Shown piece by piece: positions 9,019 to 18,327 of a stretch of 64,000 nucleotides of DNA. The translations under genes and the position numbers were made by a program. The stretch is taken from contig DAOWGI010000109.1 of the NCBI GenBank assembly GCA_030637655.1, positions 1-64,000 of the forward strand. The letters run 5' to 3'. The stretch's first letter is position 1. Every line of letters starts with the position of its first letter. Below the pieces are notes generated by a model that worked only from the letters and a program-made list of their open reading frames with translations, was not told the origin of the DNA and searched no databases. The DNA comes from a candidate division FCPU426 bacterium (GTDB lineage Bacteria > Oederibacteriota > JAAXVQ01 > JAUVAV01).

Positions 9019-10731
9019 TTATTTTTCTCGCTCCGTTGAATACCGAAAATCTTTCATTTCAATCTGCAAGGTGGTCGTATTATTCCACACATTTTCCGAT
9101 GCATGTCCTACAATATCAATCAAATTATTACAATTTATCTCTGCCATACGCTCACCCAAACCAAAACCTATGACATCCACAACCGCCTTGCGGCCGGCAC
9201 TCACTTTGAATTTCACATGCCGTTCACCCACCAAACGGGGCGGCAAACACACCTGCATTCTTGAAAAATGCAATATAGGCCGGGTATTTTTATATCCAAA
9301 AGGTTCAAACCGTTTTAGTTCTTTTATGAACTGCGGAGTAATATCCGACAAGTCAACCTGAGCATCAATGCACAATTGAGGTTGTTTGTCTTCAGGCTTC
9401 AACTTTTCTTTCGCTATCTTTTCAAGCGATTGACGAAAGGCTTCGATATTTTCGGTTCGCAATGTTACCCCGGCAGCCATGTGATGTCCACCCCACTTCT
9501 CCAAATACTCGGAACTGGCATTAAGCGCTTCGGGCAACGAAAAACCGGGTATACTCCGTCCTGACCCTTTGGCTTCTCCGTTTTTTTCAGACAAAACAAA
9601 ACACGGTCGAAAATACCGTTCACTTAAACGCGAAGCAGCCAAACCAAGAACCCCAATTGGCCAGGCCGGATTAGAAACCACAATCGCATTTGGGAGTTCG
9701 AAAAAGGATCCAACCATTTGCTCCGCTTCATTCAATACTGTTTGTTCAATATTCCGGCGCTCACTGTTTTGCTGATTTAAAAATTGTGCTAAGTCCTGAG
9801 CTGTTTGGGCATCTTGCGTCAGCAGTAAATCAAAAGCTGCTTGGGCATCACCCAGGCGGCCGGCCGCATTCATCCGTGGTGCCAAGCGAAAAGCCAAATC
9901 CGTCGAGGTTAGAGAACCATTTTCCCTGCCAGCACTTTTGGCCAAAGCTCTCAAGCCCGGACGATTCCCGCGATTCATAACAGCCAGACCGGCACGAACC
10001 AAAGAACGATTCTCCCCCCACAAGGGTACGACATCCGCCACCGTGCCAAAGGCCACCAAATCCAAATGTTGCCGCAACTGTTCCGAATCTTTTTCTCCTA
10101 ACGCACCTGCTGTAGCACGAACTACTTGCAGGATCACGCCGACACCGGCCAACAGTTCCAGATCTTCAGGCCCAGTCAGTTTAGGATTCACAATCACATC
10201 AGCCGGCGGCACCTCAGAGCCCGGTTCATGATGATCAGTAATAATGACATCCAAGCTATTTTGTTTTAGCAGCTTAATTTCCTGCGTAGCCGTGATACCA
10301 CAATCCACCGTAATCAAAAGCTTAGCTCCGGTCTTCACTACTTTATCCATGGCCTGCGGATTCAAACCATACCCTTCCAGCATGCGATTAGGCAAATACA
10401 CTTCACAATCCCCTTGCCGTTGACGTATAAATTCCGTCAGCACCGCGGAAGCGGTTATCCCATCCACATCGTAATCACCAAAGATAACTATTTTTTCTTT
10501 TTCTCTAATTGCTTTGGCAATCCGTTCTCCGGCAGCCGGCGTACCGGGCAAATCGCGGAAATCACGCAAACGTAAACCGCTCGGATCAAAAAAATAGCGC
10601 GCGTTTTGCCCTTCCAATCCACGCCCGGCCAATATGGCGGCCGTCATCGGCAAAATATGCAACCTTTGAACCAAAGCATTTATCTTTTCTTCCGGTACAC
10701 GTTCCGGAAATACCCAGCGTTTGTTTGCCAC
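9019..10731 (-). CDS. recJ: ssDNA-specific exonuclease RecJ
   Basis: GDYDVDG, TVDCG, TDHH, GTVADVVPL, NAAGRL, GSGRS and GGH motifs. Confidence 0.96.
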   Translation of the reverse strand: MANKRWVFPERVPEEKINALVQRLHILPMTAAILAGRGLEGQNARYFFDPSGLRLRDFRDLPGTPAAGERIAKAIREKEKIVIFGDYDVDGITASAVLTEFIRQRQGDCEVYLPNRMLEGYGLNPQAMDKVVKTGAKLLITVDCGITATQEIKLLKQNSLDVIITDHHEPGSEVPPADVIVNPKLTGPEDLELLAGVGVILQVVRATAGALGEKDSEQLRQHLDLVAFGTVADVVPLWGENRSLVRAGLAVMNRGNRPGLRALAKSAGRENGSLTSTDLAFRLAPRMNAAGRLGDAQAAFDLLLTQDAQTAQDLAQFLNQQNSERRNIEQTVLNEAEQMVGSFFELPNAIVVSNPAWPIGVLGLAASRLSERYFRPCFVLSEKNGEAKGSGRSIPGFSLPEALNASSEYLEKWGGHHMAAGVTLRTENIEAFRQSLEKIAKEKLKPEDKQPQLCIDAQVDLSDITPQFIKELKRFEPFGYKNTRPILHFSRMQVCLPPRLVGERHVKFKVSAGRKAVVDVIGFGLGERMAEINCNNLIDIVGHASENVWNNTTTLQIEMKDFRYSTEREK

Positions 10732-10895
10732 TGCGACAATTCCTTCCTAAGTAAAAATCCCAAATTCCAAATCACGAAATCGGACTTGAAATTCGGGACT
10801 CATCTGACTTCCAAATCAATGAATAACTCAGAATCAAATCCAAACATCAAACCCAACAGGCGGTTGGGTTATAGGATCACTGTTGGCACACGATA

Positions 10896-12713
10896 TTAAC
10901 TGGCCACCCGCAATAACTCATCGTACGAGGTAATGCCGACCAGCACTTTTTTCGCCACTTGCGCTTTTAAAGAAACAAAACCGGGCGTATCGGCAATGGC
11001 TTTTTTCATAACCGCCGCCGGCGCTTTATTAATAATCATGTCACGAACCGCCTCTTTTATCGGAACAACCTCAAAAACAGCCTGTCTGCCGCGATATCCG
11101 GTTTTCGCACAGCTATCACAACCTCTACCACGCGCCAATACAGCCTTGCGGCCTGCAGGCGCGCCAAGATATTTAGCAATTTCCGGAGGTGCCGCATAGG
11201 TTTCTTTGCATTCCGGACACACCATGCGAACCAAACGTTCATTTACAATAACGGTTAAGGCAACTCCAACTAAATACGATTCAATACCCATATTTATCAT
11301 ATACTGAACCGCAGAAACCGCATCATTGGCGTTAACCGTTGAAACCACTAGATGTCCGGAAGGGACTGCATCTAAAACCAGACGGGCAATCTCCAAATCA
11401 TTCATATCTCCTATAAGCAAAACATCCGAATCTTGATCCAGCATGGCACGCACTCCACCTTGATAGGTGCTGCCGCGCTTTTCATTTACCACGAACTGAT
11501 TGATGCCCGGCAAAGAATAATCCACATCCTCATCCACGGCGGATACATTCTTGGTAGGCTGATTTAACGAACTTAAAGTAGCATAGGCTGTCGTGGTCCG
11601 GCCACTTTGTCGTGGTCCGGTAATCAGAATCAAACCATGCGGTTGTTGGGTCATACGACGATATAGCTCATGCTGGGACGGCTCCATCCCCAATTTATCC
11701 AATTCCAGAATAACACCCTCGGAATTCAGAATATGCATGACCACCTTTTCTCCCCACATGGTCGGAACGATTAATATGGACATAGAGACATCTTTGCCCG
11801 GGATTTTTAATTTCATACGACCCTGTTGGGCTTGACCCTTGGTTTGGGTATTCATCTCTGCCATTACTTTTAAGCGCGTTGCCAAAGCGTTGGCCAAAGA
11901 ACGAGGTGGAGACTGCACTTCCTGCAAAATCCCGTCAATTCGCCAGCGAATACGAAAACTTTTTTCATACGGCTCAAAATGAATATCCGTAGCTCTGACT
12001 TTATTGGCTTCGACCAGCACACTGGTTAAAAAGTTGATGACCGGAGTATCCCCGGGACCACTGGCTGTGGCAGTAGGTATTGCAGACGTCGGCTCCGGAG
12101 CTGTAGCAATATTCGCTGCCGCTGCGGTTGCGGCCGAAGACATACTTGGAGTATTCCTGGCAGATATAGGAGACGGTTCTTGCCCCCGGGGTTTCGCTGC
12201 CATTCCACCCGGCGCTGTACCAAACGTATCGTCTTCTACAGATGCTTTCACCAGTTCTCCGGCATCATCTTCTTTGAAACCAAAATATTTATCAATCGCT
12301 GCTTTGACCTCTTTTTCCGAAGATAAACGTAATTCCAGATCACAACGGGTGGTCAACTTAATATCATCCGTGACAAAAACATTGGTAGGATCAGCCATTG
12401 CCAATATTAAATTATTTCCTTTTTTACTGACCGGCACCACATGTTGGGTACGCATCAATTGTTCGGGAATTAGTTTCAATAAAGCCGTTGGGATATTCTG
12501 CATCTCAGACAGCGAGATATACGGCACACCCATTTGAGTCCCTAAAAAGGCCATTAACACTTCCAAGGTAACATACCCCTTGCGTACCATTACTTCACCG
12601 ACCTTTTCACCGGTTACTTTTTGCTCCTGCAAACATTCTTTCAGCTGTTCTTCAGTTATAATTTCTTCATCCAAAAGCATCTCGCCGATACGATGGCCTT
12701 TGTTTGTTGCCAT
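10896..12713 (-). CDS. PilB/GspE-family secretion ATPase homolog with N-terminal MshEN domain and degenerate catalytic motifs
   Basis: RIGEMLL..IITEEQL...L.EQ, DIHFEP, RIDGIL and CPEC/CDSC are present. Walker A reads GPRQSGRTTT and the Walker B region reads LLIGDMND. Confidence 0.88.
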   Translation of the reverse strand: MATNKGHRIGEMLLDEEIITEEQLKECLQEQKVTGEKVGEVMVRKGYVTLEVLMAFLGTQMGVPYISLSEMQNIPTALLKLIPEQLMRTQHVVPVSKKGNNLILAMADPTNVFVTDDIKLTTRCDLELRLSSEKEVKAAIDKYFGFKEDDAGELVKASVEDDTFGTAPGGMAAKPRGQEPSPISARNTPSMSSAATAAAANIATAPEPTSAIPTATASGPGDTPVINFLTSVLVEANKVRATDIHFEPYEKSFRIRWRIDGILQEVQSPPRSLANALATRLKVMAEMNTQTKGQAQQGRMKLKIPGKDVSMSILIVPTMWGEKVVMHILNSEGVILELDKLGMEPSQHELYRRMTQQPHGLILITGPRQSGRTTTAYATLSSLNQPTKNVSAVDEDVDYSLPGINQFVVNEKRGSTYQGGVRAMLDQDSDVLLIGDMNDLEIARLVLDAVPSGHLVVSTVNANDAVSAVQYMINMGIESYLVGVALTVIVNERLVRMVCPECKETYAAPPEIAKYLGAPAGRKAVLARGRGCDSCAKTGYRGRQAVFEVVPIKEAVRDMIINKAPAAVMKKAIADTPGFVSLKAQVAKKVLVGITSYDELLRVAS

Positions 12714-12872
12714 AGTAAAACCTCCCCAAGGGAAAATAGATATCGCTTTTTACCCGAGTGTACCAGGCGTCGTGTTTCTTTTATCTATTGTAAATTAATT
12801 CGGCTTATTTTAAAGAACAATTTTGTTTTTTTTACTTTTTTCCTAGAGTATGGGGTGACAATAGTAAAATCA

Positions 12873-14555
12873 TTATCCTCCGAATAAACCAAACAACCCT
12901 TTTTTCTTCTCTTTTTTTGTTACTTCCGCTTCATCACCCGGTTTCGCATCTTTTACTTCATTATAATCAACCTGCTTACCTTTATCTTGTTTTGCCGGCA
13001 TTTTGACTTCAGATTGTTCTTTGGCATATTGTGTAATTTCAGATTCAGTCAGACCAGAATTCGGAGTAATTTTGATTGCCTGCTCTTTACCGCTTCCTAA
13101 ATCCGTCGCAGAAACGCGCACAATACCATTGGCATCCACATCAAAAGAAACTTCGATTTGGGGCACTTCGCGCGAGGCTGGTGGAATTCCAACCAAGTCA
13201 AAAGTCCCAATCAGTTTGTTGTCTGCTGCCATTGGTTTTTCTCCTTGATACACCTGAATCCGAACAAAGGTCTGGTTGTCTTTGGCGGTTGAAAAAATCT
13301 CGCCTTTTCGAACCGGGATGGTGGAATTTTTTTCTATAATTTTCGACATCATACCGCCTTCAGTACGAATTCCCAAAGAAAACGGAGTGACGTCCAGGAG
13401 TAAGATATCCCGGATATTCCCCTTCAAGACCGAGGCTTGAATCGCGGCGCCACCGGCTACGGTTTCATCAGGATTAACTCCCGGATAAGGCTCTTTATTA
13501 AATAATTTTTTAACCGCTTCACGGACTTTGGGCATCCGTGTCATACCACCAACCAAAACGATCTGATCAATATTCTGTGACTTTAACCCGGCGTCTTTGA
13601 GCGCTTGCTTACAAGGTTCAATGGTCATTTCCACCAGTTCTTTCGTCAAATCCTCATACTTCGAACGGGTCAGTTTGGCATTCAAGTGCTTGGGACCGGA
13701 ACTGTCTGAGGCAATAAACGGCAGCGTTATTTCTGCGGTCGGTTTTTCCGAGAGTTCACATTTGGCTTTTTCCGCCACCTCTTTTAAACGCTGCAAAGCA
13801 ATCCGATCCCGACGCAAATCAACTTTTTCATCCTTTTTGAATTCTTCGATCAGCCAGTCAATAATCTTCTGGTCAAAGTCATCACCACCCAAGTGTGTAT
13901 CACCCGATGTGGATTTGACTTCAAAAACACCATTCCCCAGTTCAAGAATACTAATATCAAATGTCCCACCGCCCAAATCATAGATAGCCACTTTGCGTTT
14001 GGTCTTCCGGTCAAAACCCGATGCCAAGGAAGCCGCAGTCGGTTCATTGATAATACGCAATACCTCCAAGCCGGCAATTTTTCCCGCATCCTTAGTGGCT
14101 TGACGCTGACTGTCATTGAAATAAGCCGGACAGGTAATTACGGCTTTTTCGATTTTCTCATTGAGAAAAGCTTCCGCATCCCGCTTAATTTTCACTAATA
14201 TCATAGCTGAAATTTCCGGCGGCGAATAATCACGCCCATAAATTTCAACCCGCACATCACCATTGCTGGCGGCTTTTAAGCTATACGGCATCAACTCACG
14301 GTCTTTTTCCACCGCAGGATCTTCCAGTTTCAATCCCATAAAACGTTTTACTGAAAAGACGGTGCTTTCCGGATTAATAACTTCTTGTCGTTTGGCCGGT
14401 TCGCCCACCACCATTTCACCGTTTTTCATAATGCTAACCACTGAAGGTGTGGTACTCATCCCTTCCGCGTTAGGAATAATCACCAATTCATTATCCTGCA
14501 TCAGAGCCGCGCAGGAATTAGTTGTGCCCAAATCGATGCCAATAATCTTAGACAT
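12873..14555 (-). CDS. dnaK: DnaK/Hsp70 paralog lacking the C-terminal helical lid
   Basis: [23 protein letters not shown], the DILLLDVTP linker and SBD-beta are present. 560 aa, ending [11 protein letters not shown]. Confidence 0.9.
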   Translation of the reverse strand: MSKIIGIDLGTTNSCAALMQDNELVIIPNAEGMSTTPSVVSIMKNGEMVVGEPAKRQEVINPESTVFSVKRFMGLKLEDPAVEKDRELMPYSLKAASNGDVRVEIYGRDYSPPEISAMILVKIKRDAEAFLNEKIEKAVITCPAYFNDSQRQATKDAGKIAGLEVLRIINEPTAASLASGFDRKTKRKVAIYDLGGGTFDISILELGNGVFEVKSTSGDTHLGGDDFDQKIIDWLIEEFKKDEKVDLRRDRIALQRLKEVAEKAKCELSEKPTAEITLPFIASDSSGPKHLNAKLTRSKYEDLTKELVEMTIEPCKQALKDAGLKSQNIDQIVLVGGMTRMPKVREAVKKLFNKEPYPGVNPDETVAGGAAIQASVLKGNIRDILLLDVTPFSLGIRTEGGMMSKIIEKNSTIPVRKGEIFSTAKDNQTFVRIQVYQGEKPMAADNKLIGTFDLVGIPPASREVPQIEVSFDVDANGIVRVSATDLGSGKEQAIKITPNSGLTESEITQYAKEQSEVKMPAKQDKGKQVDYNEVKDAKPGDEAEVTKKEKKKGLFGLFGG

Positions 14556-14575
14556 GGTAGCCGCCTTTCACCTCT

Positions 14576-15115
14576 TTACTTCTTTGCTAATTCATCCAAA
14601 CGACGCATGGTACGCTGTATTTCCTGATCTTTGGAATTCAGTGCGATTACTTTTTTAAAATAATTCCGCGCCTCATCGTTCTTCCGCATATCCACCATAC
14701 ACAACCCAATATTGTATAGGGCTTCCGGGAATTCCGGCCACTGCCTAACGGTTTCCCGGAACTTGGCCAAAGCTTTCGTTTTTTGACGATCAAACAATGC
14801 AACCCCGGCATTAAATTGCGCTAAGGCCTCATTCCATTGTTGTTTTTGTTTTTTCTGAAAGAACATAAACTTCTTTTCCGGAACTTTCTTTTTGACCGAA
14901 CAGTAAATCTGGAAATTATGCAGTTTGCGCTTTTCCGGATTGGCGAGACACTGAAACGCTTCAACCACCTTGGCGGTCATCTTATGCGCCCAGTCAGCAC
15001 GGTCCGGATTGTGATCCGGATGGTATTTATACAGCAACATCCGATAAGCGGTTTCAATCTCTTCAAGTTTTGCGGCTGGGTAAACTTCCAGGATTTCGTA
15101 ATAATTTTCACCCAC
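14576..15115 (-). CDS. J-domain (HPD) + TPR co-chaperone
   Basis: NYYEILEV...YHPDHNP J domain and C-terminal TPR (EALYNIGLC). GTG start at 15115 after a GGAG RBS. Confidence 0.9.
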   Translation of the reverse strand: MGENYYEILEVYPAAKLEEIETAYRMLLYKYHPDHNPDRADWAHKMTAKVVEAFQCLANPEKRKLHNFQIYCSVKKKVPEKKFMFFQKKQKQQWNEALAQFNAGVALFDRQKTKALAKFRETVRQWPEFPEALYNIGLCMVDMRKNDEARNYFKKVIALNSKDQEIQRTMRRLDELAKK

Positions 15116-15131
15116 AATAGCACTCCTTTTT

Positions 15132-16589
15132 TTAAAACTTCGCTCCGGTGACCCGATAGACTTCCAAAGTCTCACCCGTATCCGGCATTTGCAAATCTTC
15201 CACTTTTTCTCCGCGGATTATGTTGGTTACCCGCCGAAAAATATCACCGGCCACCATAACCACTGAAAATGGTTGCTCACTCATTTTCTGGGTAAAATTC
15301 AAATAATCCCTAATGACTTCCATGGTGCCGATCCCTTTTGGGGTTAACAGCGATCCCATGGCTTCACCCGAGGCTATGCCCAAAGATATAAAAATAGGAG
15401 TCTGATTCTGATTGACTCTAAATTTATTAATTTCAGCCAAGGCTTTTTGAACATTCACGGCAGTTAAAATCGCGCGGCGATCATCGTCCTGATGGGTCTG
15501 CGGAATACCAAAAACCACCATGAACACATTTTCTGTGAACTTATACACTTGACCTTCGTACTCAAATACGGTCGCGACAAACTTGCGAAAATAAGTTTCC
15601 AAGGCTTCAGACAACGAGGCCGCGTCTTGCGTGGTTGCCTGTTGGGCAACCTGGGTAAGGTCCGCAAATAAAATAGTTGCCGGATACCGCTTATCTTCAC
15701 TGGCTTGCAAAGCAATAGCTGAAGTATCCACAAATCGTTCTTGGGCTTCTTTGCTGATATACAATTCAAAGGAAGCTTTTATCTTCTCCACTTCCTTCAA
15801 TTCATCCGCCACCACATCAAAAGCATCTTTGATACGGACTTTTTCTTTTAAATCCTGGACCATAAGATTGAAACTTTGGGTTAACAACCCAATCTCATCT
15901 TTGCTTTTTACCAGTGCGATTACGCCTAAATCCCCTTTGGCCACTTTGGCCATCGCAGTAGTCAAATCAGCAATCGGACGGGTAACGGTTTTAGAAACCC
16001 AGAGCGCCCCCCCAAAACCCAAGGCCATCATTACCAAAGTCAACAATATATTACGAATCTTGGCCAGCATAATTTCCTGTTTCAAAGCCAATAAGGAAAA
16101 GCGCAGATTCACGGTTGCCACCCGAGTATCTTCTACTATGATATCACCGGAAATCCTGGCTGTATTTCCAAGTGTGAATTTGTACTTTGCCAATTTGAGC
16201 AAGGTAGCTTCGCTCTCAGCAATCCCTTCCAAAGACGCGTCCAACGAGGCTGCTGTCCCCGGATTGACGGTAAATGCTTTCACTTCTCCTTCATTATCCA
16301 CAATGGAGATATACAGAATGTTGGAGTCCAGATTGCGTACCACTTTAATGAACTCCCGAAAAATCGGCCAGGCCACTCGTTCGCCAGCCAGGGGTTCAAT
16401 CAACTTCAAGGCCGCGATCATATTCGCCACATCTGTCATCCGCTGGTCCATTTCCTGATTTTTCAATTTGGATTCTTGAATAATCGAGAAATAAGAAACT
16501 ATACCCATGATTAGCGTAACCAGGGTAATGACCAACATGGTTATTTTATGCGTTAATCCGAAACGAACCGTTTTTTTTGCTGTCGCCAT
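15132..16589 (-). CDS. Two-TM sensor with HAMP and a degenerate class III nucleotide-cyclase-like domain
   Basis: Two TM helices, HAMP (RPIADL...DEIGLLTQSFNLM), then ATILFADL...YKFTENVFMVVFGIP and GIASGE. Confidence 0.85.
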   Translation of the reverse strand: MATAKKTVRFGLTHKITMLVITLVTLIMGIVSYFSIIQESKLKNQEMDQRMTDVANMIAALKLIEPLAGERVAWPIFREFIKVVRNLDSNILYISIVDNEGEVKAFTVNPGTAASLDASLEGIAESEATLLKLAKYKFTLGNTARISGDIIVEDTRVATVNLRFSLLALKQEIMLAKIRNILLTLVMMALGFGGALWVSKTVTRPIADLTTAMAKVAKGDLGVIALVKSKDEIGLLTQSFNLMVQDLKEKVRIKDAFDVVADELKEVEKIKASFELYISKEAQERFVDTSAIALQASEDKRYPATILFADLTQVAQQATTQDAASLSEALETYFRKFVATVFEYEGQVYKFTENVFMVVFGIPQTHQDDDRRAILTAVNVQKALAEINKFRVNQNQTPIFISLGIASGEAMGSLLTPKGIGTMEVIRDYLNFTQKMSEQPFSVVMVAGDIFRRVTNIIRGEKVEDLQMPDTGETLEVYRVTGAKF

Positions 16590-16604
16590 AGTTATCCGGG
16601 TTCC

Positions 16605-18008
16605 TTAAGGGATATAGGTAAAGCCATAGACACTCTTATCAAACGAACCTACGGCTAATATAGCATCGGAAATCATGGGCGATGAATTAACCGCTCCACC
16701 TGCCGTATATTTCCATTTTTCTTTCCCATCGTTGGCCCGTAAAGCGTATAGATCCGAACCTGCTCCTACATAAACAACACCATTAAATTCAACCGGCGAA
16801 GAAAGCACGGTGCCTTTCAATTTCGCTTTCCAACGGATACCTCCGGTACTATTGTTTAAGGCGTATAGATGCTTGTCTTTTGAACCAACAAATAAATACT
16901 TGCCGGAAATACAGGGAGACGAAGATACCCAACCATTGGTAGCGCACTTCCAAACTAACTCACCATCATCAATATTCAATGCATAAATACTCTTGTCATC
17001 CGAGCCAAAAAAGACTTTGTCGTCACCAATCGCAGCAGAAGAGAAAATCTGGCGATTAGCTTTAAACTTCCAATTCACACTCCCGCCGGCTAGATCCAAG
17101 GAGTAAAATATTCCGCCCAAGGTCCCGATATATACTATACCCTTTTTTACTTTGGGGCTGGCGGCAATTGGACCACCTAAGTTTTTCTTCCAGACCTCAG
17201 AACCATTGCCGGCATTATAGGCATACAGCACACCATCCATGCTGCCGACCAAGGCAATACCGCCGACCACCGCCGGGCTGGAAAAATTGATAGCCCCGCC
17301 GGTAAGCGTTCTCCAAAGCATTTTACCGGTTTGGGCGCTTAAGCAATAGAGATAAGTATCTTGGGAACCAATATAGACTTTTCCTTTCACTACAGTAGGT
17401 GATGAAGTCACCGGAGCGCCGGTAGTCTTTTCCCATATTTGGCGGCCATCTTTGGCATTGATGGCATAGACTTTGCCATCCCCGGAGCCAATGTACACGA
17501 CCCCGCCAACCAAAGTCGGCGAACTATCAACCACACCTCCAGTCCGGTATTTCCACTGTAAATCCAGGGGTGGCGAAATCGGAATGCCGGAAGCAGGCCG
17601 GTTTTTTGCATTCTTACGAAACATGGCCCAACCGGTTGCCTGGTCAGAAGATATTTTTGGAACAGCCGCCTTGGTGGGCTTGGATGCGGGTTTTTTCTCT
17701 GGTACTGCCTGTATCTGTTCCTTAACTGCGGCAATTTGCTGTTCGATCTGTTTCACTTGGCGTTTAGAAGTACGGCCGCCTGATTTGCGAACTTGTGCCA
17801 GCGCCTGACGCAATTCTTCCAGTTTACGCTGTTGTTCAGCAATAATTCTCTGTTGTTCCGCGGCTTTCTGTTGCGTTTGCGCGTTTCCAGAGACATTAAA
17901 CTGTATTTTTATTTCTTTTTCCTGGGAAGGTTTACCGCATCCGATTATTAAACCAAAAACAAATGGTACGAGCAGAAGAAATCCAATCGCCCGTCGTAGT
18001 ATAGTCAT
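16605..18008 (-). CDS. Lipoprotein with coiled coil and PQQ-like/BamB-type beta-propeller
   Basis: Signal peptide with lipobox (LIIG-C). About 8 repeats of 'SSP.V.GG.VYIGS.DG..YA.NA..G...W'. Confidence 0.9.
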   Translation of the reverse strand: MTILRRAIGFLLLVPFVFGLIIGCGKPSQEKEIKIQFNVSGNAQTQQKAAEQQRIIAEQQRKLEELRQALAQVRKSGGRTSKRQVKQIEQQIAAVKEQIQAVPEKKPASKPTKAAVPKISSDQATGWAMFRKNAKNRPASGIPISPPLDLQWKYRTGGVVDSSPTLVGGVVYIGSGDGKVYAINAKDGRQIWEKTTGAPVTSSPTVVKGKVYIGSQDTYLYCLSAQTGKMLWRTLTGGAINFSSPAVVGGIALVGSMDGVLYAYNAGNGSEVWKKNLGGPIAASPKVKKGIVYIGTLGGIFYSLDLAGGSVNWKFKANRQIFSSAAIGDDKVFFGSDDKSIYALNIDDGELVWKCATNGWVSSSPCISGKYLFVGSKDKHLYALNNSTGGIRWKAKLKGTVLSSPVEFNGVVYVGAGSDLYALRANDGKEKWKYTAGGAVNSSPMISDAILAVGSFDKSVYGFTYIP

Positions 18009-18065
18009 ATTGTTAAAACCTCCACGTTTCTCGAGTATTAATTTTATCCATTAATTTTCCTACAA

Positions 18066-18095
18066 ATTCTAGCATGCGTTAATTTAAATTGTCAA
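18066..18095 (-). promoter_or_regulatory. Sigma70-type promoter for the lipoprotein-dnaK operon
   Basis: Minus strand TTGACA-18 bp-TAGAAT, with a TGn extended -10. Confidence 0.6.
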
Positions 18096-18174
18096 TCTCA
18101 CTTTATATATTTTGGCAAATTATTAAACACCGGAAAATGTTGAATTTTAAAGATAGGTTCACAAAATTTCAACT

Positions 18175-18304
18175 GTAAGGGCGGGTTTGAACCGAGGGGA
18201 ATCCCATACGATTGCTCCTCCGGTCGGGGAAACCTGCCCTTGTTTTTATATGTAACAACGGGCGGATTAAAAACCTGGCGGGCAGGTTTGGAACCTGCCC
18301 CTAC
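18175..18304. repeat. REP-like palindromes; the first carries a 40-bp insert
   Basis: GTAAGGGCGGGTTTG[18190-18229]AAACCTGCCCT, and an empty copy GGGCAGGTTTGGAACCTGCCCCTAC at 18280-18304. Confidence 0.75.
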
Positions 18305-18327
18305 TTTTTAAAATCCGTCCTTATACC

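Noticed and set aside
10752-10860. Degenerate AAATCCC/AAATTCC heptamer run between recJ and the PilB homolog
   Set aside because: There are too few copies, they are too degenerate, and no associated gene is present.
16605-18008. Calling the beta-propeller lipoprotein BamB or a PQQ dehydrogenase
   Set aside because: It is not in the bam cluster, has an extra coiled-coil N-region, and shows only generic propeller repeats.
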